Source: Thecamonas trahens ATCC 50062 (lineage: Eukaryota; Protista; Apusomonadida). Taken from it: a stretch of DNA of 26,276 nt. Both the position numbers and the translations under genes were made by a program. The stretch is taken from assembly GCF_000142905.1 (NCBI RefSeq), contig NW_013657601.1:8526-34801 (forward strand). The letters run 5' to 3'. The notes under the pieces were generated by a model. It was given only the letters and a program-made list of their open reading frames with translations. It did no database searches and was not told the DNA's origin. Below are positions 19,101 through 26,276 of the stretch, piece by piece (positions within the stretch are counted from its first letter, which is position 1; every line of letters starts with the position of its first letter).

Positions 19101-22100
19101 CTACCACAGCTGCTCCGACTCCGGCCTTGCTCTGGATCCCCTGCACCGTCACATTCTCCATGCGGAGTTCGGAACTGGCACCGTGGACGTACATGACGCC
19201 TGTCGTTGTGACATCTTGAAACTGCCGCGCCGCAGGCAGCGCATCGCGAATCGTCAGCTCCTGGAGCACAAGGCGAGCCTCCTCCCCGACGTCGGCAACA
19301 CGTCCAAACGATCCGTCGCACACAATGTCAGCCGGGCCGGTCACAGTGAGCTTGCCCACAAAGGGCGGCACAAGTGACTGACGCGCCGGACAACGCAGCT
19401 CGGCCGACACAGTCATGGCCACGTCCGACGACGCGCACTTCCGGGTTCTCAACGCCACAGTCTGCGTAAAACATGCAGTCGATGAGTATTCGCCAACGCA
19501 GCCGGGGACTTGATACTCAGGACTCGCCAGCTTGGCATCCAGTGTCAGCATCATCCGTTGATGTGGGAGGTGTGCAAGATGGAGTCCATTCTTGTCGGCG
19601 ATGGCAACTCCAAACGAGCCAGACGTTGCCGAGAAGACCGACATCGCCACGTCGTATGACATCGCAGGCCCAGCAACAAGCATCTCGTACTCAAAGTACC
19701 ACCCGGCCGGGACCGCCACACTGCGATAGAGGCCAACACTCGTCCCCGGCCGCTGCGAGGTAACCAGCAAGTCGCGTCGTCCGTCGTTGTCGGCGTCGCA
19801 CGCCACGAGCGCCGTGGGGCGAACGCCCAGCGTCCCGGCGGCGAGCAACGAAAACGATGAGAGCGCTGGCTTGGTCGGCGACACAAAGTTCGCATCAAGC
19901 CCAGGCCACGGGCTCCACACCACTGCGCCGTTTGCCCCATCCCCCATCGCTAGCACGATGTCGTCCACGCCGTCACGGTCAACATCGAGCATTTCCACGG
20001 CTTGCGGGCTGCCCATGCCTCCAGCCACTCCAGACGTGTCCAACGTGTAGGTCGAGGCGTGGCGGATGCCCGAACTACTGGCAGAACTGTTAACAAACAA
20101 GTAGGCCTCGTTAGCTGAGACGCCAAAGCCGCGCAAATGGCCATCGCTCGTCCGCGACCAGGACAGCCCCCGCCCAAACGCATCCACAGCTGACATCCAT
20201 GCCATCAACCCGGTCGTCGCTGGTGGAGCAAAGACCCGGTTGCCGAGATTCCGCACCGTCAGCATGTAAAACCCGCCCATCCTGCTCTGCACAAGCCCAA
20301 GCCAGGTCAGATCAACCAGTCCGTCCCCATCCACGTCGTAGAGCGTAAAGGTGTCCGGGTGTATCCGTTTCATGGGATTCAGATTAAAGCCAGGATCGGT
20401 GTTGCCTCCAATATCGCCAACCGGGACGGCCGCGGCGTCAAAGGTCCCGTCACCGTTTGACCATATGACCTTGGCCTGCAGGCCAGCCACAGAGGCCCCC
20501 GTCGGATGGTAGAGCCCACGGCGTACGTACACCACAATGTCGAGTCCACCGTCCTGATCGAGGTCATGCAACTCGAGCCGAGAAAACATGTCGACAGAGG
20601 TGTGAGTGTCACTTGCCTCCCCGACATCCGACATCAAATCGATCGGTGTCGTGGAGACGCCGCCATCCTCAAGGCCTACAAACAGTGAGACTGTCCGCTG
20701 ACCAGTGTTTGAGTACACTCCACGGACAGCCACAATGTCGATGAGCCCGTCGCCAGTCACGTCGCCAGCCACCACGCTGTGCCAATCACTCGATGACGCA
20801 ATCGCGGCTGATGACACCGCAGTCAGATTGGTGTTCGTCGACAAGTCCACATACACCGCCATCGCGCTACCGCGGCGGTCGGTCGGCGATGAGGAGCTGC
20901 AGTCACTAAGAGGTCCGCCCAGCCATGCCACGTCCGACATGGCGTCGCCATCCCAGTCGTTGGCTACCATGGCGGTCACTACAAACGGCGAAGAGACGAC
21001 TCGCTCCGGCACAAAGAAGCGTCCGTCCCCTCGCGATATCCACACTGTGGTGCCGTAGAAAGCCGAGGTTGTCACCACGTCCGGTCGCCCATTGCTGTCA
21101 AAGTCCACAACGGCCACCGCAAGCGTCGGATAAGCCCCGGACGAGGCGATACAAGTTGCGCCAAATTTCAGCTGCTTCACCTCGTTGCCGACTCGAACCG
21201 AGCCATCCTCCAGACTGGCTCCGCTCGCTCCCTGTGCAATCCATGAGACCTCCAGATCCGATGGTGTGTCGGCAACAATCACATCAGCTCGACCATCGCC
21301 GTTCATGTCGTGCCCGGCAATTACCCGAGAAGCGGCTCCGCCATGGACGGCGACCTCGGACCAGCTCGCTCCGTCGTGAGCAAGCCAGACCAGGCCTGAG
21401 CTACCGAGTGCCACAACGAGCTCATTCTCGCCGCCATCGCCTGCCATGTCGCTGACAGAGACGTCAGTGACTCCAGTGTAGGCGGCGTCCAGCGCTGGAG
21501 GGTTAAACACCAGCGGCGACTGGGTAGCGAGCGCCAACACCGCTAGCGTCTCGCTCGCGCCGTCCGCGTAGACCACGTCAGGCAGCCCATCGCCCGTGAT
21601 GTCGGCGACGGCCAGCACACGGTCTGTGGCAGCCGCGGCGTACGCTCCGGCACGGATGATGATGGACGAGCCCGAGAAGCCGCCCGAGCCGTCGTTCATA
21701 GCGGCACGAATGTCCTGCGAGCTCGAGACGGCAAACAGCACATCACGCCCACCATTTCCATCCAGATCTGCAACAGCAAGGCTCGTCCACTCGCGGGAGG
21801 CAGGCGACGACGTTGCGGACGAGATCATGACCTCTGGCCCAGGCAAGTGACTGGAGGGACTGACAGGAAAGTAGATGACGACCATATTCGAGTTGCAGAC
21901 CACCATGTCCTGGCTTCCATCATTATTCATATCAGCCAACACCATCGATGCTTCTCCAAACTCACCCACCACAAAGGGAAGGCTTTCCGACCACTCTGCC
22001 ACCGGATCATCAAAAGCATCACACGTCGGCAACGAGCTGCTGTCCACCGCCAGAACGCACCACAGCGCCATGACGACTGCCACCGCCACCCACCAGGCCA

Positions 22101-22137
22101 GCACACGACGAGACACCGACACCGACACCGACGACAT
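16111..22137 (-). CDS. Large receptor-like protein (~2,008 aa): FG-GAP/VCBS beta-propeller repeats, beta-helix-like region, Cys-rich (ephrin-receptor-like) repeats, C-terminal multi-pass membrane domain
   Basis: Signal peptide after ATG22137 (RRVLAWWVAVAVVMALWCVLA); about 12 DxxxDGxxD motifs (DMNNDGSQD, DLDGNGGRD, DITGDGLPD, DMNGDGRAD, DVTGDGLID, DVDGDGLVD etc.); GGAI/GGV repeats; CPPDYG, CLPGFY, CAIGYEGYMCNTCSSGYY; roughly 8-10 hydrophobic segments with the LVLFDC...DPSVAC and YGPLYKAFR motifs. Confidence 0.88.
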   Translation of the reverse strand: MSSVSVSVSRRVLAWWVAVAVVMALWCVLAVDSSSLPTCDAFDDPVAEWSESLPFVVGEFGEASMVLADMNNDGSQDMVVCNSNMVVIYFPVSPSSHLPGPEVMISSATSSPASREWTSLAVADLDGNGGRDVLFAVSSSQDIRAAMNDGSGGFSGSSIIIRAGAYAAAATDRVLAVADITGDGLPDVVYADGASETLAVLALATQSPLVFNPPALDAAYTGVTDVSVSDMAGDGGENELVVALGSSGLVWLAHDGASWSEVAVHGGAASRVIAGHDMNGDGRADVIVADTPSDLEVSWIAQGASGASLEDGSVRVGNEVKQLKFGATCIASSGAYPTLAVAVVDFDSNGRPDVVTTSAFYGTTVWISRGDGRFFVPERVVSSPFVVTAMVANDWDGDAMSDVAWLGGPLSDCSSSSPTDRRGSAMAVYVDLSTNTNLTAVSSAAIASSSDWHSVVAGDVTGDGLIDIVAVRGVYSNTGQRTVSLFVGLEDGGVSTTPIDLMSDVGEASDTHTSVDMFSRLELHDLDQDGGLDIVVYVRRGLYHPTGASVAGLQAKVIWSNGDGTFDAAAVPVGDIGGNTDPGFNLNPMKRIHPDTFTLYDVDGDGLVDLTWLGLVQSRMGGFYMLTVRNLGNRVFAPPATTGLMAWMSAVDAFGRGLSWSRTSDGHLRGFGVSANEAYLFVNSSASSSGIRHASTYTLDTSGVAGGMGSPQAVEMLDVDRDGVDDIVLAMGDGANGAVVWSPWPGLDANFVSPTKPALSSFSLLAAGTLGVRPTALVACDADNDGRRDLLVTSQRPGTSVGLYRSVAVPAGWYFEYEMLVAGPAMSYDVAMSVFSATSGSFGVAIADKNGLHLAHLPHQRMMLTLDAKLASPEYQVPGCVGEYSSTACFTQTVALRTRKCASSDVAMTVSAELRCPARQSLVPPFVGKLTVTGPADIVCDGSFGRVADVGEEARLVLQELTIRDALPAARQFQDVTTTGVMYVHGASSELRMENVTVQGIQSKAGVGAAVVVGDDGKVGASRCGFVAIRSTGGGGVVALVGARAVVELVGCNVTDAAVKTETVSRAVLLGGGGVVLVDGSDADVVLSETIVRESHAPQARGGVLLVTESATRARVSLNGVVMSETSAFAGGAIAVTVPDVGVAAWPQIVLDERTTVSFASATYGGVAVIAAEMHMPLPSYRTTLELAMGVSASLGLGAEAVINASMAAVGGSAQYGSIVFGCGAPSAWASGLDSYGAAFTCLADSPSPPTWWHDGIDANASVTAPKSMAVAAGVGSVASGLSFGRGSVSYVDGYGNPVRDKLLPLQVQIVGESGAELTGLGSGLLLAEGESTVSLAGLALSLPLDRLEASGDAGISASLTVFVSGGDTSELEATVVVQVTLCPPDYGRISPALANAPLLCALCVGSTFSSELTSDECMTPAECLSNAERGLLSVANCSDVVFGETDCVCLPGFYTRSGSINSECEACPSGGVCCGSSARPRPLPGFFESEPGKFVSCLRPAACAPEVGQVCAIGYEGYMCNTCSSGYYSDPEGRCRKCPNAATGLLGGLVAMVVIGALAAAGAVVFTALRAMPAAEDGRESDGSDDEAGVLLLDRFRRRPVPGTLSMALVALQIVGIFSEARFSWSSSSQAALSWANGLNVDLSFFASECSMPWFHTRYALSVLIFAVFFGLSAVFLAAAKAIGRCLGPARAGQLGRTSMVAMMEAVMFAAAPLLYIPMAKATLVLFDCTQLPNGTWVVDADPSVACFDSKWFAVLPVGIIGVVMYVLGLPSFVFVALFRSRGRLQTSECMARYGPLYKAFRLEYWYGGVGELGKRLVIVTIATFASRHQLVQLGGLVALLVFAIVFVKQNAPYVVPLHNEVDAQISLCLVSMLFFGGASYANRHAESPSRVVEVGTWACLLALGIVVVRAVVLDMRGIVAARSDPTRLRRERYARLVRTMEGESLELGPAATDAVLEFAARGPSKDSRGVMLEPMTGTVVDEGEDEVEWKVAHVNPVGEDVDENMV

Positions 22138-22140
22138 GGA

Positions 22141-22160
22141 GGGGGGGGGGGGGGGGGGGG
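22141..22160. repeat. G20 homopolymer (C20 on the coding strand) immediately upstream of the FG-GAP gene ATG
   Basis: Directly visible. Confidence 0.95.
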
Positions 22161-22191
22161 ATTGGAGGGCGGGACGTGTGTCGGCTCTCCA

Positions 22192-22291
22192 NNNNNNNNN
22201 NNNNNNNNNNNNNNNNNNNNNNNNNNNNNNNNNNNNNNNNNNNNNNNNNNNNNNNNNNNNNNNNNNNNNNNNNNNNNNNNNNNNNNNNNNN
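22192..22291. other. Assembly gap (100 N)
   Basis: Run of exactly 100 N with poly-G tracts on both sides. Confidence 1.
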
Positions 22292-22385
22292 AGGGGGGGG
22301 GGGCGACAGAAAGTCCTGCCATCCATGCCACTCGGCCCTTATTTTTCGGGTAGATGTGGGCATTGCCAAGGCTTGCGTGCGCAAG

Positions 22386-25300
22386 CTAGCACGATGGGTC
22401 GGCGGCGGTGGCGGCGGCGTCGAGCTGGCGCTGGATAGCGGACCAGAGGCCAAACTGGTGGTCCTTGCTCAGGCGTGCCTGCATGCGCTGGAGGGCGGCG
22501 ATCAGGCGGGCCTTGTGCTTGCCGGTCATCTGCGGGAGGTCGGAAAAGGCCGAGAGGACGCCCGAGGCAAAGTACTCGTTGATGTTGGCGACGGCGACAA
22601 AGATGTCTTCGAGGAGGGCGAGGCCGTCGTGAGTGAGGAGCGACCAGCGGCGAGCGGCGGACCAGCCACGGACAAGGGCGCGGGCCTGGGAGGCCTGGAC
22701 CAGGTCGATGAGCTCGTCGTGGTCGACGACGGCGCGGAGGGCGGCGGCGGCGTCGGGCGAGTCGATGGAGGTCATGACCCAGAGGAACTGCTCAAAGCCA
22801 TCCGGATGCGAGGCCCAAGCTTCCCGCATCTGTGCTCGGAAGGCGGCCTTGTCGTCGGCGCTCGCCCGCGAGTTAAGGACAAGCTTGGCGCCGAGCTTGC
22901 GGAGCGACATGGCTCGGTCGGCTCCCGACGCCCAAAGCTCCCGGCCGACCTCGGCGAGGTCGCGGGCGGAAGAGCAGCCGCTAGTCATCATCGGCGGTGG
23001 GTCCTTGCCGAGGGCAGCAACAAGGACATCGGCCAGAGTGGTTGCCAGGCTCCGGCCTGGCACCTCGCGCCGGAACGCGTCGAGCTTGGAATTGCCGGAC
23101 TCGAGCACCGGCCGCGAGTCGATGGCGCCGGCGAGGCCAGCGTCGAATGCTGCCCACACCTCCGGGCCTGCAGCGTCGTAGACGGCGGTGTAGACGGCGT
23201 TCTTGGCATCGTCAAGAAGGTCGTAGTGGACGTTGAGGTGGGTGGCCGTCTCCAGCGCCGACGGCTCGGCCAGAAAGCGGGCCTTGCACGCGCTCGAGAG
23301 CAAAGTGTCGGCCAGGACGGCAGTAAAGGCGGCAGTCACGGCTTCCGGCACGACAAAGGCGGCGTCGCTACCGCTCAGCCGCGCGTCGATGTACGCTGCC
23401 TTGGTTCGGTCGACCAGCCGCCGGTAGGCAAAGTACCGCGCGACAACGTCGGTGTCGGTACGCGCCTGCAGTGCGTCAAGCTCGGGGCTGGACTCGGCGA
23501 CGTCGAGCCGTCCAAAGAACGAGAAGCCCCGTGCGATCGAGATGTAGGCCGGCTTGACAGCGAGGCCCGAGACCTCGATGGCGGCAGACTTGGCGTCGAC
23601 AACGGTTGTTCCGCGGGCAAGCTGGCTACCGTCATCAGCCATGGCGGCCCAGGCAACCGGGAAAATCCACGGGGCGCCGGTGCCAAAGCCGGACTGGCGC
23701 AGCTGGACCGAGTATGCGCCAGTGGCAGGGTCCCAGGCCGGAGCAGCGACGTGGAGGGTGGGATGGCCCGGGCGCTTGAGCCAGCCATCTGCCATGGGGC
23801 CGAGATCGAGGCCGGTCGACTCGGAGAGGGTGGCGACCCAGTCGGCGGTGGTGGCGTTGGCGTGGGCATACTTGCGGTAGTAGGCGTCGAGGCCGCGCAT
23901 GAAAGCGTCGGGGCCGACGAGAGACTCGACCATGCGCACAAACTCTGGACCCTTAAAGTAAGTGACAGACGAGATGAGCTCGTCCGGGCGGTTGAAGCCT
24001 GATGGCTCAATCGGCATGGAGAGTGCAGATGCGTCGTTTGCAAGCGGGCCGGAGCCCGGGCGGGTGGCGTAGGTCACCTCCTTGAGTCGGACATAGTCGT
24101 GGCCAAAGAGGTGGCTCAGGTACATGCGCTCGATGTGGACGGTGACGGCCTCGTTGAGCCAGAGCTCAAATGGAGTGGCGCCGGTGACCCGCGAGCCATT
24201 GAGGTCGTGGTAGAACTCGTGGGCCTTGACGCCCTCGAGGTACTCGTAGGCGGGGTCGGTGACGTACGGTGATGGGGCAATGACCGAGGCCAGAATGGTG
24301 GTCACGGTCCGGTTCTCCATGCCGCCAAACATAGAGTTGACCATGGCGAGCTCGCGCATGACGGCGCCGTCAAAGGCATGGCCGAGCTGCCCAAAGGCAG
24401 CGGCGGCGGCGGCAAGCTGGTTGCGGGCGGCGGCGGCGGCGGGGCGTCGCCTTTTGCATCAGCGGCGTCGCGGGCTGCGACTAGGGCGTACAGCTCCTCG
24501 CGTTGAGCGGCCTTGACAAAGGCCTGCGGGCCGGTGGAGAGGTGAGTCCACATCATGGCAGACTTGAGCGAGGCCAGGGCAGCGAGGCAGTCGTCGCGAG
24601 CAATGAGGCCGTCGGATGGCACAATGAGCTCCAGGTCGACGGTCCGGCCGTCGGGATACTCGATGAGCGAGGAGTGAGTGGTGTACGAGCCGACGCCAAA
24701 GAAGAACAGATACGGCGGCATGTTTGTGGCGTGGTTGTGGTAGCGCATCCGCTGCATGCCGTCCAGCGATGGGTGCGGCTGCGGGGTAGCAAAGCCCGGG
24801 GCGGGATCGCCGTTTGAAAGCAGGCGGGAGTAGGTGTTGGGCGCGTCGATGGTAACGGTGTAGTAGGCCTTGGCGCGGTTGTCGTCGACGGCCGGTACAA
24901 TCCGCTGGAAGCCCCACTGCTGGCACTGACTGATGAGGGTCTGCGGCGCGGCGTCGGGGGTGTAGTCCTTGTAGATGCCCTCGAGCAGGCCGTCGCGAAT
25001 GCGAGCCGAGTTGTAGACGGCGAGGGTGAGCTGCTCGCCGGGCGCCAGCGGCTGCGGCAGCTTGACGTTGAGCATGTTGTCAGCAAGCGCGTACGCGCAG
25101 TCGACGAGCGCGTCTTCAGCCGGGTTCGGCACGGCGGCATGTACGTCCAGGGCGACATCGAGAGCGGCGCCGATGGCGAGCAAGTCCGACTTGGCTGGCA
25201 CGATGGGCGGAATGGTCAGCTTGGGCAGCTCGCGCGAGACGATGGCGACACGATCAACACCCAGATTGGTAGCATTGAGAGCAAGCGAGTGTATGGGCGA

Positions 25301-25576
25301 GTCTGTGACGTTGGCAAAGGTAGTGGCCGAGGTCATGGCGATGGGCTCGTTGGCATCGGCCGGCGAGTCGAGGACATGGAAGCGGAGATAGACATGGATG
25401 GGTCGCAGAGTAAGTTCCGCGAACTGGGCACGGGTGTACCGATGGGAGGGCGTCGAGGTGGACGCCGTCGACGTGGTGGTCCGACGGGTGGCTCGCAGTG
25501 CGTAGAGGGTGTAGAGGGCGGCTGCGGAGGCGGCCATGGTGGCAACGGTGGCCGTCGCGGTCGTGGTTCGCAACAT
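22386..25576 (-). CDS. pepN: M1 family zinc aminopeptidase N (PepN-like, ~1,063 aa), split by a 1-nt frameshift at ~24441-24444
   Basis: LEGIY, SQCQQWGFQRI, LLSNGD and PPYLF in the upstream frame; GGMEN (24312-24326), HEFYH (24207-24221) with the downstream WLNEAVT Glu, and TYFKGPEFVRM in the downstream frame. Adding one base at the GGGG run joins the two frames. Confidence 0.88.
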
Positions 25577-26138
25577 GGACCCGCGTCGTGTAGTGCAGGG
25601 CGAGTGGGATGGAGGCTGTGCTCGAGCATGTGCGGTCAATGGTCGAGATGTCGATGCGGCGCCCGGCGCCCGTGAGCGTGCCATCAAGCGTAGAAGTTTG
25701 CTGGACCATTTTGAACCGCATCGGATTTCACCTCCGATTGCGGTGCAAAAAGTACCGTCAAGGCGCGCAATCTGGGCCCCTCGTTCACACCGCCCACGTG
25801 ATTGTTGTACGGATGGATCGGATCGTCGTACAGCTGTCGCTGATTGGCGTGATCTGATGACTAGCTGGAATTGCTCGTCTGTTGGCAAAAGCAAGCGATG
25901 AACGGTATGCCATGGTAACCGATCACGTTCCGTCCTGCAGGACAGCCAGCGACCTCCAGACCTGCGCAATAATGCGCGTCCTCCCGAGCAAACTCATGGT
26001 GTGACAAGTAGCATGTCGACTCCCCGCCACCCGGAGGTTGCCCCCCGCGTCTCGAGGCACTTGTCTCACCTCACCTCCCCTCCCCCCCCCCGCCCCGAGC
26101 CGCTTTTCTCTGACCAGCATTACATTGATAAACTGATT

Positions 26139-26276
26139 GTGGGCCCCGGGTACTTGAGCTCCCACCCCGCCTGTCTCAGTCTTGGAACCCTCCCGAGTGG
26201 GCTGAGAGACCTCATTCTATTAGTGATGAGCTACTACTCATGAACCTGGCTCGAATGAGGGCAGTCAATACTGGAT
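26139..26276. ncRNA. Candidate structured RNA of unknown family (possibly truncated by the window edge)
   Basis: Consecutive stems: GTGGG/CCCAC (26139-43/26161-65), TCTCAGTC/GGCTGAGA (26174-81/26200-07), CCTCATTC/GAATGAGG (26210-17/26253-60) enclosing ATGAG/CTCAT, and CAGT/ACTG (26262-65/26270-73); box-C-like GTGATGA at 26223-26229. Confidence 0.35.

Noticed and set aside
24445-24460. Programmed -1 ribosomal frameshift in pepN
   Set aside because: No X XXY YYZ slippery heptamer in the correct frame; a homopolymer error is simpler.
25906-25919. RFX X-box-like TATGCCATGGTAAC
   Set aside because: Only one half-site is perfect, it occurs once, and no target gene can be assigned within the window.
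26195-26276. Canonical TPP riboswitch, hammerhead ribozyme or SECIS element
   Set aside because: TPP-like words have wrong spacing and lack the GCGxAGG partner within the window; there is no CUGANGA...GAAA core; the stem above the GA pairs is too short for a SECIS.

Overview
GC-rich, intron-poor eukaryotic genomic scaffold with two 100-N gaps. Gene content and codon style suggest a unicellular eukaryote such as an apusomonad (Thecamonas-like); this is an inference only. In order: (1) a decayed protein-kinase fragment (-); (2) an ER protein-disulfide-isomerase-family gene with a CGHS site and C-terminal HEEL (+); (3) a ~2,200-codon single-pass surface protein gene (+) with one predicted 5' intron, an internal TAG, and a frameshift that coincides with an exact 28-nt copy of its own transmembrane-coding sequence 5.2 kb downstream; (4) a membrane-anchored metzincin-like pseudo-protease with all zinc ligands replaced (-); (5) a GYF-domain/coiled-coil protein with several nested tandem repeats (+); (6) a ~2,000-aa FG-GAP/beta-helix/Cys-rich/multi-TM receptor-like protein (-); (7) an M1 aminopeptidase N with a 1-nt frameshift (-); and a strongly base-paired segment at the right edge that may be an ncRNA. 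No CRISPR array, tRNA, rRNA or recognisable transposon was found. All family calls come from motif recognition by eye, not from database searches.
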